Assembly: GCA_041687355.1 (NCBI GenBank)
Contig: JAWLCD010000004.1
Coordinates: 19,725-83,724 of the forward strand
Origin: Clostridia bacterium
GTDB lineage: Bacteria; Bacillota; Clostridia; Acetivibrionales; UBA4821
Length of the DNA: 64,000 nucleotides
Reading direction: 5' to 3'
In this document: one piece after another, positions 11,419-20,997 of the stretch
How the letters are laid out: each line of letters starts with the position of its first letter
How positions within the stretch are numbered: the stretch's first letter is position 1
Position numbers and translations under genes: made by a program
Notes under the pieces: generated by a model
Seen by the model: the letters and a program-made list of their open reading frames with translations, nothing else
What the model was told of the DNA's origin: nothing
Databases searched by the model: none

Positions 11419-11448
11419 TTGTGACTGAAAGCCAGGCTGTGTTATAAT
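11419..11448 (+). promoter_or_regulatory. Putative promoter (extended -10)
   Basis: TTGTGA - 18 nt - TGTTATAAT read directly, upstream of the micro-ORF and the AmmeMemoRadiSam-type operon. Confidence 0.4.
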
Positions 11449-11501
11449 ATGCTTGATAAATAAAAACCATTTGGGAATATTAAATTTGGGAAGGTGAAAA
11501 A

Positions 11502-11600
11502 ATGTCCAGGAAAACCTTACGTTTGATTGCGATAATAGTAGCGGTAATTTTTGTTGTTACAACCGTTGCGCTGGCTGGGGTTCCTATGTTCTTTTACTAA
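11502..11600 (+). CDS. 32-aa hydrophobic micro-protein (not in the ORF track)
   Basis: ATG 11502 preceded by GAAGGTGA; translation MSRKTLRLIAIIVAVIFVVTTVALAGVPMFFY* = basic N-terminus plus one TM helix. Confidence 0.4.
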   Translation: MSRKTLRLIAIIVAVIFVVTTVALAGVPMFFY

Positions 11601-11644
11601 ACCTTAGTGATATTTATTAATGATGAATCCTATGGGAGAGTAGT

Positions 11645-12508
11645 ATGCATACTTTATTATCAGGGTATATCTTTCCCCACCCTCCGATAATTGTACCTGA
11701 AGTCGGAAGAGGGGAGGAAAACAAGGCATCAAAAACCATAGAAGGATGTATCAAGGCTTCTGAAGAAATTAAGTCCCTGGAGCCCGAGACCATTATTGTT
11801 ATTACGCCACATGGTCCGGTATTCAGGGATGCAGTAGGCATCTCCGTAGAGAAACAGCTTGCGGGCAGCTTCCGTAATTTCAGGTGTCCGGAGCTCAGGC
11901 TGACTTTTGAAAATGATATCCAGCTTGTTCAAAGTATATTGGAAGAGTCAGCCAACATCGGTATACCGGCTGCACAGCTGAAGCCGGAGCTGCTTGAAGG
12001 CTTTGGTATGCAATCCGGACTGGATCACGGTGCAATGGTTCCGTTGTACTATATTTCAAAGCAGCTCAATGATTTTAAATTAGTCCATGTATGCATGGGC
12101 TTTTTGAGTTTTAACCAGCTGTTCGAATTCGGCTCAGCCATCGGGAGAGCTGTAGACAAATCGGGAAAAAGGGTGGTTGTGATTGGCAGCGGGGACCTTT
12201 CGCACAGACTGACACCGGATGCTCCCTGTGGTTATAATAAGAGGGGCAGGGAATTTGATGAGCTTTTTGTTCGGCTTCTTGGAGAAGGAAGATTTAGTGA
12301 TGTTATGGCTCTGGAGGAAGACCTGATTGAGGATGCCGGAGAATGCGGCCTGAGGCCTTTTACCATATTGTTCGGATGCCTGAAGGACTATAGTGTTGAA
12401 CCGGAGGTTTTTTCCTATGAAGGTCCATTTGGCGTCGGATATTGTGTTGCCAGACTGGCAGCCGGGGACCGCAAGCTTGGTGAAGGAGGTGGCGAGGGAA
12501 ATGAGTGA
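11645..12508 (+). CDS. Class III extradiol dioxygenase subunit B-like (LigB/Memo superfamily) protein, first gene of an AmmeMemoRadiSam-type triad
   Basis: [18 protein letters not shown] and GSGDLSHRL motifs; stop overlaps the next start by 8 nt. Confidence 0.65.
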   Translation: MHTLLSGYIFPHPPIIVPEVGRGEENKASKTIEGCIKASEEIKSLEPETIIVITPHGPVFRDAVGISVEKQLAGSFRNFRCPELRLTFENDIQLVQSILEESANIGIPAAQLKPELLEGFGMQSGLDHGAMVPLYYISKQLNDFKLVHVCMGFLSFNQLFEFGSAIGRAVDKSGKRVVVIGSGDLSHRLTPDAPCGYNKRGREFDELFVRLLGEGRFSDVMALEEDLIEDAGECGLRPFTILFGCLKDYSVEPEVFSYEGPFGVGYCVARLAAGDRKLGEGGGEGNE

Positions 12509-13049
12509 TACGGTACAGGATAATATGCAAAATGAAGACTGGTATGTCAGGCTTGCAAGGATGACCCTTGAAAGCTACGTTGAGCACGGCAGGGAGATTG
12601 GTATTCCCGGAGAACTTCCGGAGGAAATGCTCAACCGTAAGGCAGGGGTCTTTGTTTCTTTGAAGAGGAATGGTGAATTAAGAGGGTGTATTGGCACAAT
12701 AATGCCCACTACAAGCTGTATAGCAGAAGAGATAATTCAGAATGCCGTCAGCGCGGGCACACAGGACCCGAGGTTTTATCCTGTTCAGGTTAATGAGCTG
12801 CCGGAGATAGTCTACAGCGTTGATGTCCTGTCCGAGGCCGAACCTATAGATTCTTTAGACAAGCTTGACGTCAAGAGGTACGGGGTTATCGTTAGGTCAG
12901 GAAGACGCTCGGGCTTGCTGCTGCCCGACCTTGAAGGTGTAGACACACCTGAACAGCAGGTCATGATTGCGCTGCAGAAGGCTGGGATTGGCAAGGATGA
13001 AAGGTTCTCACTTGAGAGATTCGAAGTGGTGCGGCACGGAGCAAAGTAG
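12501..13049 (+). CDS. AMMECR1-domain protein (AmmeMemoRadiSam system protein A-like)
   Basis: [17 protein letters not shown] and DPRF motifs; ATG 12501 with GGAGG 11 nt upstream preferred over the track start 12393, which lies inside the upstream gene. Confidence 0.75.
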   Translation: MSDTVQDNMQNEDWYVRLARMTLESYVEHGREIGIPGELPEEMLNRKAGVFVSLKRNGELRGCIGTIMPTTSCIAEEIIQNAVSAGTQDPRFYPVQVNELPEIVYSVDVLSEAEPIDSLDKLDVKRYGVIVRSGRRSGLLLPDLEGVDTPEQQVMIALQKAGIGKDERFSLERFEVVRHGAK

Positions 13050-13061
13050 AAGAGGTGCAGG

Positions 13062-13919
13062 ATGAAAGAAGCATTATATTGGGACAAGGTAGATGGAGAC
13101 AAGGTGGAATGCAAGCTGTGTCCCCACAACTGCAGGATTGCCCGGGATAATACAGGAATCTGCAGAGCCAGAAGGAATGTTGAGGGCAGGCTTCATTCAT
13201 TGAATTACGGCATGGTATCTTCAATTGCTCTTGACCCTATAGAGAAAAAGCCGCTTTATCATTTCCATCCCGGCAGCAAGATTCTTTCGGCAGGGACTTT
13301 CGGGTGCAACTTCAAGTGCTCTTTCTGCCAGAACTGGACAATAGCCCATGATAATCCGGGAGTAATGGAGATGACTCCGGATGAACTTGTCCGGAAGGCT
13401 CTGGAACTTAAGGAAAGAGGCAATATAGGTATTGCATTTACCTACAACGAACCAAGCATATGGTTTGAGTTTATATTGGATACGTCCGGGAAGTCAAAGG
13501 AAGCCGGACTTAAAAACGTGCTGGTAACCAACGGGTTCATAAGCAGGGAGCCGCTGGCTGAGCTCTTGCCTTATATTGATGCTATGAATATTGATGTCAA
13601 GGCTTTTACCGATAAATTCTACAGGGAAATCTGCAAGGGTGCGCTTGAGGATGTAAAGGGGACTGTGGAGTTATCGTCGGCACACTGCCATGTTGAGGTC
13701 ACTACTCTGGTTGTCCCTGGACTGAACGACAGCGAAGTGGAAATTAAAGAATTGGCATCATGGCTTGCCTCTGTCGATGAGACCATTCCGCTGCATCTAT
13801 CAAGGTATTTTCCCAACTATACAATGCGGGATATACCTCCCACTTCAAAAGAGACGCTTTTCAAATTAAAGAAAGCGGCGGAGAAGCATCTGAACAATGT
13901 TCACCTTGGCAATGTCTGA
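13062..13919 (+). CDS. AmmeMemoRadiSam-system radical SAM enzyme (PFL-activase-like)
   Basis: CNFKCSFCQNW (CxxxCxxC); N-terminal extra Cys pair (CKLCPHNC); adjacent to the AMMECR1 gene. Confidence 0.8.
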   Translation: MKEALYWDKVDGDKVECKLCPHNCRIARDNTGICRARRNVEGRLHSLNYGMVSSIALDPIEKKPLYHFHPGSKILSAGTFGCNFKCSFCQNWTIAHDNPGVMEMTPDELVRKALELKERGNIGIAFTYNEPSIWFEFILDTSGKSKEAGLKNVLVTNGFISREPLAELLPYIDAMNIDVKAFTDKFYREICKGALEDVKGTVELSSAHCHVEVTTLVVPGLNDSEVEIKELASWLASVDETIPLHLSRYFPNYTMRDIPPTSKETLFKLKKAAEKHLNNVHLGNV

Positions 13920-13953
13920 CCTCAAAAATTTTGCCCAATTTGATAAAAAAATG

Positions 13954-13982
13954 CTGACAAGCTGTTAAGTTAAACATATAAT
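13954..13982 (+). promoter_or_regulatory. Putative sigma-A promoter for cdaA-cdaR
   Basis: CTGACA - 17 nt - TATAAT read directly. Confidence 0.45.
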
Positions 13983-14014
13983 TAGATTGATGAATTTTTC
14001 TCAGGGGTGTCGCT

Positions 14015-14890
14015 TTGGAGATGGTGGTTGACTACATCAGGCAGTTCATTAATTATATGGGAATCTACAATATATTTGATGTGATCAGGGTGACCATAGA
14101 TATATCTGTCGTTTCCTATGTTATCTACTGGCTTATTATCCTTGTGCGAGACACCCGGGCATACCAGCTTATTAAAGGTATTATCGTTCTTATTGTTGCT
14201 ACCCAACTCAGTGAATGGTTTGAATTAAGGACAATCAACTATATACTTAAAAACACCATGACCTATGGTGTTCTTGCTTTATTAGTGGTCTTCCAGCCTG
14301 AACTGAGAAGGGCTCTCGAGCAGATAGGCAGGAGCAAGTTTAAGGACCTGTTTACAGTAGATGAAGAGAACAGGGAGGACAAGCTAAAAAATACAATTGA
14401 TGAAGTGCTCAGAGCAGTAGAGATGTTGTCAAAAACCTTTACGGGGGCGTTAATTGTATTTCAAAAGACCACCGGAATGGGTGATATAGTAAGAAACGGC
14501 ATACCGATTAATGCAAATGTGACGGCTGAATTAATACTAAATATCTTCACACCTAACACACCTCTTCATGACGGTGCGGTTATAATCAGGGAAGACAAAG
14601 TAAGGGCTGCTGCATGTTTCCTGCCGCTGACCGAGAACTACGAGCTCAGCAAAGAGCTTGGGACAAGGCATCGGGCAGCATTGGGAATGAGTGAGAATTC
14701 GGACTCAATAGCCATTGTTGTATCGGAGGAGAGCGGAAAGATTTCCATGGCGGTAAATGGGGGCCTGACAAGGAATCTGAGCGTTGATACCTTAAGGATG
14801 GCACTGACCAAACTTCTCATTGAGAAGAAAACCAATTCCAGGAAACTAACGCTTTGGAAGGTGAAAAAAGATGAAGATGTTGGGCGATAA
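14015..14890 (+). CDS. cdaA: Diadenylate cyclase CdaA (membrane-anchored DAC domain)
   Basis: Three N-terminal TM helices; DAC motifs PLHDGAVII and GTRHRAALG; start is TTG 14015 or ATG 14021. Confidence 0.9.
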   Translation: MEMVVDYIRQFINYMGIYNIFDVIRVTIDISVVSYVIYWLIILVRDTRAYQLIKGIIVLIVATQLSEWFELRTINYILKNTMTYGVLALLVVFQPELRRALEQIGRSKFKDLFTVDEENREDKLKNTIDEVLRAVEMLSKTFTGALIVFQKTTGMGDIVRNGIPINANVTAELILNIFTPNTPLHDGAVIIREDKVRAAACFLPLTENYELSKELGTRHRAALGMSENSDSIAIVVSEESGKISMAVNGGLTRNLSVDTLRMALTKLLIEKKTNSRKLTLWKVKKDEDVGR

Positions 14891-16088
14891 CCTCAAACTG
14901 AGACTCCTGTCACTATTTGTAGCCGTAATTTTATGGATATACGTAATCAATGTTCAGAATCCCGAAATTAAGAGGGAGTTTGAATATGTTCCTGTTAATA
15001 TAATCAATGCCGATACTCTGGCAGGTTCAGGGCTGGTAATGGCCGGAGACCAGAGCTTTACCACTACTGTAAAGGTTGAAGGAAAGCAGGAAGTTGTTAA
15101 TAGACTGACCAGAAACGATATAGAAGCTGTAGTCGACTTAAAGGATTATAACACGGCCGGAAAATTTTCTATTCCCATAAAGTTTAGTATTCCTGGAGTC
15201 CAGGGAGTGGAAGTATCTGAAGGTAAACCTCACAAGATAGAATTAAGGATAGAAAAACTCATCCAGGCTCAGAAAGCGGTTGTGGTAGAGATTAAAGGTA
15301 ATATAAAAGAATATTCCAAATATCAGGTGAAATCGGTCAGACCCAATACTGTATCAATTAGCGGGCCGCAAAGTCTGGTTGAGAGTATCGGCTCTGTCAA
15401 GGTACCTGTAGATGTAACCAATCACGAAAATGATATTTCGGTAACCAAAAGATATAGAATCTTTAATAAAGGTAACGTGGATATTACAGAAAGCAGAGAG
15501 TTTATAATAGACAGCCCATCTGTACAGGTGGATATTGATTATTTGAAGACCAGAGATGTTCCTGTAGTTCCGAAACTGACAGGCAGGGCAGCAAGGGATT
15601 ATTACATTTCCGGCACAAGCGTCAAGCCTGATAAGGTGAATATCTATGGCCATCCCGAAAAGCTTGAAGGTGTCAAGAATATATACAGCAGTGCAATAGA
15701 TATATTAGGTCTTGATAAAGACATAGTAACGCATGTTTCTCTTGTTGTTCCAACTGAAGTAAATACCGACTTCAATGGAAAGGTTCAGGTAAGTATTTTT
15801 GTCCGGAAGAAAGAAACAAGAACTGTAAAAGTACCGGGCGAGAATATTGAACTGATTAACAAATCGGAAAATTACTCATATAAGGTACTGAATTCCGAAG
15901 TGGAACTGAAACTTCTTGCCCAGAACCAGGGATTGAACTCTATGGACGTCGAAAGTCTTAAGTTCCGAATAGATGTTGAAGGCCTGAACCCCGGTGAACA
16001 CGAGCTGCCTGTCAGCATTGAGCCAAGCGGCACTATTGAGGTGGATCAGGAAAGCCCGGGAGTGAAGTTAAGGGTTACTCAAAAGTAA
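14871..16088 (+). CDS. cdaR: YbbR-domain protein, CdaA regulator CdaR
   Basis: N-terminal TM then repeated YbbR-like beta segments; overlaps the cdaA stop by 20 nt, as is typical for cdaA-cdaR. Confidence 0.75.
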   Translation: MKMLGDNLKLRLLSLFVAVILWIYVINVQNPEIKREFEYVPVNIINADTLAGSGLVMAGDQSFTTTVKVEGKQEVVNRLTRNDIEAVVDLKDYNTAGKFSIPIKFSIPGVQGVEVSEGKPHKIELRIEKLIQAQKAVVVEIKGNIKEYSKYQVKSVRPNTVSISGPQSLVESIGSVKVPVDVTNHENDISVTKRYRIFNKGNVDITESREFIIDSPSVQVDIDYLKTRDVPVVPKLTGRAARDYYISGTSVKPDKVNIYGHPEKLEGVKNIYSSAIDILGLDKDIVTHVSLVVPTEVNTDFNGKVQVSIFVRKKETRTVKVPGENIELINKSENYSYKVLNSEVELKLLAQNQGLNSMDVESLKFRIDVEGLNPGEHELPVSIEPSGTIEVDQESPGVKLRVTQK

Positions 16089-16161
16089 AATAGTGTGAAC
16101 TGAGTAAGCAAGGTAGTATCTTATTATATAAGTTGCAGCCCGGGCTACCCGATGGCATTTG

Positions 16162-16290
16162 GATTTTTCCGCAAACTTATTCGTCAGTTAATTCATTTTC
16201 CCCTGAAGCTAGAAGCAAGATAGTTTCTTTAAAGAACTACTTAAATTCCAGTGTCTAGGCTTCAGTATCCTGTCTCCATCTAGTCGTGTC
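16162..16290 (+). repeat. Copy 1 of an intergenic repeat family (core GATTTYTCC...AGTTAATTCATTTTCCCC plus distal CGYGTCCCCCTACC)
   Basis: The 42-nt core at 16162-16203 matches 21281-21319 and the reverse complement of 30891-30930. Distal CGTGTCCCCCTACC (16276-16289) matches the reverse complement of 30784-30797. An internal hairpin CTGAAGC.TAGA / TCTAGGCTTCAG is present. Confidence 0.6.
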
Positions 16291-16303
16291 CCCCTACCTA
16301 ATA

Positions 16304-17656
16304 CTATTTATCAAGAGATTTCTGAATCTCCGATTTTATTTCTTCTAGTCCCTCAGGAGTCTTTGACTCACAACGTACAATCAACTCAGGTCCTGTGTTG
16401 GAGGCCCTCACCAGACCCCAGCCGTGGCCGAAGAGCGCTCTGACACCGTCAATCTCAATCATGGATACCTGCTTGCTTTTGAAATACCTTCGTACTTTTT
16501 CTACCTCTTCAAATTTTCCCTTGTCGCATGAATGAATGCGCAGTTCAGGTGTTGAGTAGTACCTGTTTACGTCAGACAGGAGCGAAGATAAGGGTTGATC
16601 GCTGCTGGACAGAATTCTGAGCAGCCGCGCAGCAGCATACAGAGCATCATCGTAACCGTAATATTCATCTGCAAAGAACATGTGCCCGGACATTTCACCG
16701 GTGAATATTGCATCTAGTTCCTTCATCTTGGCTTTTATCAAAGAATGTCCTGTCTTATAGAATAATACTTCTCCTCCAAGCTTTTCAACCTCATCCACCA
16801 GAGCCTGGGAGCACTTAACTTCAATTATTACCTTGGATTTGGGATGCTTGGGCATTATCTCACGCCAGAAGAGAATCATTAGCTGGTCGCCCCAGATAAT
16901 ATTTCCCTTGTCATCCACAACTCCAAGCCTGTCTCCATCGCCGTCAAAACCGATGCCTACATCGGCATTATTTCTTTTCACGGCTTCAACCAAATCCTTA
17001 AGATTTTCGGTCTTGACAGGGTCGGGAAAATGATTTGGGAAGGTTGGATCTGAGTCGCAGAATATTGGAATTACATCACAGCCCATCTTTCTCAACAACT
17101 CTTCTGCGAAAAGAGATGCCGTACCGTTGGCACAGTCAACTGCCACTTTGAGTTTTCTTTTGCCCAGCTGAACCTTTTCGGCAATCATGCTTATGTAGCT
17201 TTGTTTCACTTCTGTCTTTTCAGCTTTTCCTTTGCCGGAGATGAAGTCATTAATTTCTATCATCTTTCTGAGGTTTTGAATCTGTTCTCCATACATGGTT
17301 CCTCCGTCGGCAGTACATATCTTGAAGCCGTTATACTGCGGAGGATTATGGCTGGCAGTTACCATCACGCCGGCATCTGTACCCAGGAGTACTCTGGAAA
17401 AGTAAAGCGCCGGGGTAATAAGTGTGCCGCAGTCCAGAACATTAAGTCCTGTTGAAACCATCCCTCTGATTAATGCGTTTTTCAAAGGCTCGGACGATAA
17501 TCTGTTGTCATACCCTACTACGGCTTTTTTTTCACCGCTGCGTATGGTTAAGGTTCCAAAGGCTTTGCCAATTGCTTCAGCCGTTTCTTCAGTCAGTTCT
17601 TCTCCGGCTATACCACGGATATCGTACTGCCTGAACATTTCTGATTTAACCTGCAT
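16304..17656 (-). CDS. Phosphoglucomutase/phosphomannomutase family protein
   Basis: 450 aa; active-site TASHNPPQYNGFK, metal loop GFDGDGDR, sugar loop GEMSGH. Confidence 0.85.
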   Translation of the reverse strand: MQVKSEMFRQYDIRGIAGEELTEETAEAIGKAFGTLTIRSGEKKAVVGYDNRLSSEPLKNALIRGMVSTGLNVLDCGTLITPALYFSRVLLGTDAGVMVTASHNPPQYNGFKICTADGGTMYGEQIQNLRKMIEINDFISGKGKAEKTEVKQSYISMIAEKVQLGKRKLKVAVDCANGTASLFAEELLRKMGCDVIPIFCDSDPTFPNHFPDPVKTENLKDLVEAVKRNNADVGIGFDGDGDRLGVVDDKGNIIWGDQLMILFWREIMPKHPKSKVIIEVKCSQALVDEVEKLGGEVLFYKTGHSLIKAKMKELDAIFTGEMSGHMFFADEYYGYDDALYAAARLLRILSSSDQPLSSLLSDVNRYYSTPELRIHSCDKGKFEEVEKVRRYFKSKQVSMIEIDGVRALFGHGWGLVRASNTGPELIVRCESKTPEGLEEIKSEIQKSLDK

Positions 17657-17835
17657 TTTTCAACCACCTTTCAGAAATCAACTTTGTAGTTTGTGGAATA
17701 GCATACACGTCTGTCCTTAGTATATTATATCCACAGAATAGGTGTTGCAACAAATTGTTTTCTATCGGTATTTGTTTCTTTTACTTGTCTAATTTATGTG
17801 GTATACTTCTTTCAGTAAATGATTCGGAGGAAAAT

Positions 17836-18507
17836 ATGGAGATACTTTTGAGATTCTCAAACCAGATTGCACTTCTGGGAATAAGCTTTGTGGCTGCAGT
17901 ACTAATAGTTGCAGTTCATGAGTATGCCCATGCCTTGACTTCCTGGAAACTGGGAGACAGGCTTCCGAAGTTTAACAGGAGGCTAACGCTCAATCCCTTG
18001 GCACATATAGATATACCGGGCATATTGTTTTTTATATACACAGGCTTCGGATGGAGTAATCCTACTGAGACAAGTCCGAGGAATTATAAGGATAAGAAAA
18101 AAGGAAGTATGCTGGTGGGTTTTGCTGGACCGCTGGCCAGTCTCGCGCTGGCGGCTGTTGGCTGCCTAGCCTGGAAATACATAGAAGTCAGCACCATACT
18201 GGGAGGTTTTCCGTTAAGCGGATATGCAGGTGCTTATGTAGAGCAGTTTGTGAGTGATGTTTATCACTTCAGCTTCAACCTTGCATTACTGAGCCTCCTG
18301 CCGCTGCCGATTTTTGACGGATTCCTCATATGGAGCAAGGTGATTTCGCCAAAGAACCAGTTTTATATTTATCAGTACCAGAATTTTGTACTAACAATGC
18401 TGCTGCTGGTCTTTCTGATTCTGCCTGAAAGCCTGGAAATGCTTATTTCACCAATCAGGGCAATCTTTGAATTGTCAGCATACGGCATTGTCAGACTGTT
18501 TTTATAG
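17836..18507 (+). CDS. Site-2 protease family (peptidase M50) membrane metalloprotease
   Basis: HEYAHAL (HExxH) within a TM helix, polytopic; ATG 17836 with GGAGG upstream preferred over track start 17755. Confidence 0.7.
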   Translation: MEILLRFSNQIALLGISFVAAVLIVAVHEYAHALTSWKLGDRLPKFNRRLTLNPLAHIDIPGILFFIYTGFGWSNPTETSPRNYKDKKKGSMLVGFAGPLASLALAAVGCLAWKYIEVSTILGGFPLSGYAGAYVEQFVSDVYHFSFNLALLSLLPLPIFDGFLIWSKVISPKNQFYIYQYQNFVLTMLLLVFLILPESLEMLISPIRAIFELSAYGIVRLFL

Positions 18508-18537
18508 CTGCTGCATAGATTAAAGGGGTGTTGTTTT

Positions 18538-19518
18538 ATGAAAAAGAAAAGAATCCTTAGCGGAATGAGACCGACTGGTGACCTGCATCTGGGGAATTAT
18601 TTCGGCGCATTAGAAAACTGGGTTAAATTGCAGGACGACTATGAATGCTTTTATTTTGTAGCTGACTGGCATGCCCTTACAACAGGCTATGAAGATACCT
18701 CCCAAATACGTGAAAATACCAGAAAAGTTGTTATAGACTGGCTTTCTGCCGGGCTTGACCCGGAGAAGTGCGTAATTTTCAAGCAATCTGATGTTAAGGA
18801 GCATGCTGAGCTTAATCTTCTTCTGGGTATGATTACGCCGCTTTCATGGTTGTTAAGATGCCCAACATACAAGGACCAGATGAAGGAACTCAAGGAAAAG
18901 GATATTGCTACCTTTGGTTTTCTGGGCTACCCATGCCTCCAGGCAGCAGATATCTTAATCTACAATGCTGATGCCGTGCCGGTGGGAGAGGACCAGCTTC
19001 CACATCTCGAGCTTACACGGGAAATCGGCAGAAGATTCAATTTCCTGTACGGAGAAGTGTTCACTGAGCCTCAGGCCAAGCTGACCCAGACCAAGGTACT
19101 GCCGGGGCTTGATGGCAGGAAGATGAGTAAAAGCTATGGTAACACCATACTACTTTCCGAGCGGCCTGATGAGTTGAGGAAGAAAGTAAATACAATGATA
19201 ACCGACCCGGCAAGGATAAGAAGGGATGACCCTGGTCACCCTGATGTTTGCTCGGTTTACGCATACAAGAAGATATTTGATATTGACAGCATTGCAGAGA
19301 TTGAAGAAGGATGTAAAGGCGGCAGAATAGGATGCGTTCAGTGCAAGAAAGCGCTGGCTGAGAAATTGGAAGAATACCTCAGACCTATGCTTGAGAGAAG
19401 GGAGAAACTGCTCGAATCCCCTGATGTGATAGAAAGAATCCTTGAAGAGGGAGCTGAAAGGGCAAGGAAAGCTGCGGCAGAAACAATGAAACAGGTTAGA
19501 GAGGCAATGAGGATATAA
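18538..19518 (+). CDS. trpS: Tryptophan--tRNA ligase
   Basis: 326 aa; class I motifs (GDLHLGNY as HIGH-like, KMSKS). Confidence 0.9.
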   Translation: MKKKRILSGMRPTGDLHLGNYFGALENWVKLQDDYECFYFVADWHALTTGYEDTSQIRENTRKVVIDWLSAGLDPEKCVIFKQSDVKEHAELNLLLGMITPLSWLLRCPTYKDQMKELKEKDIATFGFLGYPCLQAADILIYNADAVPVGEDQLPHLELTREIGRRFNFLYGEVFTEPQAKLTQTKVLPGLDGRKMSKSYGNTILLSERPDELRKKVNTMITDPARIRRDDPGHPDVCSVYAYKKIFDIDSIAEIEEGCKGGRIGCVQCKKALAEKLEEYLRPMLERREKLLESPDVIERILEEGAERARKAAAETMKQVREAMRI

Positions 19519-19655
19519 CTTGAAAAATGTACAATTAACAATTTACAATTAAGAAGAATAAAAGCAAATAGTTATGAATTGCAGTTAACTGTACATTGTC
19601 AATTGTCAATTCAATATTATAACTTGAGCACAGCAGCAAGGAAAGTGATGTTAGT

Positions 19656-20435
19656 ATGAAAGTGAACAATATCGAGCAGAGCGCTTCTTATACAATCAAG
19701 GTTGAGAACTTTGAAGGTCCTTTTGATTTACTGTTTCATCTGATAGAGAAGAACAGAATGGATATCTATGATATCCAGATAGCAGAGATTACAGACCAGT
19801 ATATAAGTTATCTCAAGAAGATGGAGGAACTTGACCTTGAGGTAACCAGTGAGTTTTTAGTGATGGCCTCAACCTTGCTCCTTATCAAGTCCAGGATGCT
19901 CCTGCCTGAGGCCGGTAAGGGAGAAGAGGAATCTGAGGATTTAAAGGATGACCTTGTTAACAGGCTGATAGAGTATAAGAGGTATAAGGAGTTTACAGCA
20001 GAGTTAAGAGACAGGGAGGTTTACTATTCAAGGATTTTCTACAAACCTCACGAGATATTCAGAATAGAACCTGCCAAGGTGGTTAATGCAAGCTGCTCTC
20101 CGGAGCTGATACCTGCAATTTATGAAAGTATTTGCGATAGAAACAGGCGAAAAATGAACCCTGAAGTAAGTCCGTTCAAGGAAATTATGGCCAGGGACAA
20201 AATAACTGTGAGAAGCAAGATACGAGAAGTAGTGCGTAAATTGATTACCAAGGCCAGGTTTAAATTCTCCGAGCTTTTTACAGGGGAGAAGAATACCAGA
20301 CTGGACATTGCTACTGCGTTTATGGCTCTGCTTGAGCTGGCCAAGGTAAGAAGAGTGACACTGGAGCAGAAGAAGTCTTTTGGTGAAATAGTAGTAAAGA
20401 AGAAGGGGAAAGAAAGGCTGAATCAGGAAAATTAA
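19656..20435 (+). CDS. scpA: Segregation and condensation protein A
   Basis: FEGPFDLLFHLIEKNRMDIYDIQIAEITDQY N-terminus typical of ScpA; followed by scpB. Confidence 0.9.
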   Translation: MKVNNIEQSASYTIKVENFEGPFDLLFHLIEKNRMDIYDIQIAEITDQYISYLKKMEELDLEVTSEFLVMASTLLLIKSRMLLPEAGKGEEESEDLKDDLVNRLIEYKRYKEFTAELRDREVYYSRIFYKPHEIFRIEPAKVVNASCSPELIPAIYESICDRNRRKMNPEVSPFKEIMARDKITVRSKIREVVRKLITKARFKFSELFTGEKNTRLDIATAFMALLELAKVRRVTLEQKKSFGEIVVKKKGKERLNQEN

Positions 20436-20447
20436 CTGTAGTATGAG

Positions 20448-20981
20448 GTGATTAAACTGGAAATACAAAAAATTGAGGCAATAGTAGAGGCAATGCTCTT
20501 CGCATCAGGTGACCCTGTCACCCTTGAGACCCTCTCGGAGGTTACAGAAGTTGACAGGAAAACCCTGAGCCTGCTGATTAGCCGTATGATGGACAGGTAT
20601 ATGGAGGAGAACCGTGGGATACAAATCCGTGAGATTGATGGAAGCTACCAGCTTTGTTCAAAGCCTGATTATTTTGATTATGTAAAGAGGCTTTTCGAGC
20701 CTCGGCAGAAGCAGGGACTGTCTCAGGCAGCTCTTGAAGTACTGGCAATAGCTGCGTACAACCAGCCTGTTACAAGGGCTGAGATAGAGAAAATAAGGGG
20801 AGTTAGTTCTGATAGCGCAATAAATTCCCTGGTGGAGAGGAATCTGCTCGTGGAAGCCGGAAGAATGGATGCTCCGGGTAGGCCAATTCTGTATGAAACG
20901 TCGCAGGAATTCCTGAGAGCTTTTGGTTACAAGTCGTTGGTCGATTTGCCGCAGTCAGAAGATTTTCTCAAAATTGAATAG
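20448..20981 (+). CDS. scpB: Segregation and condensation protein B
   Basis: EAMLFASGDPV, LEVLAIAAYNQPVTRAEIEKIRGV, GRPILYETS motifs; GTG start. Confidence 0.9.
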   Translation: MIKLEIQKIEAIVEAMLFASGDPVTLETLSEVTEVDRKTLSLLISRMMDRYMEENRGIQIREIDGSYQLCSKPDYFDYVKRLFEPRQKQGLSQAALEVLAIAAYNQPVTRAEIEKIRGVSSDSAINSLVERNLLVEAGRMDAPGRPILYETSQEFLRAFGYKSLVDLPQSEDFLKIE

Positions 20982-20997
20982 ATTTTTAGTACATAAC

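Noticed and set aside
12393-12500. Upstream extension of the AMMECR1 ORF (track start 12393)
   Set aside because: It lies entirely within the preceding gene in another frame. ATG 12501 has a proper GGAGG RBS and gives a normal AMMECR1 length.
19526-19620. dif/XerCD recombination site next to scpAB
   Set aside because: The sequence does not resemble the Firmicute dif consensus as I recall it. It is only AT-rich palindromes.
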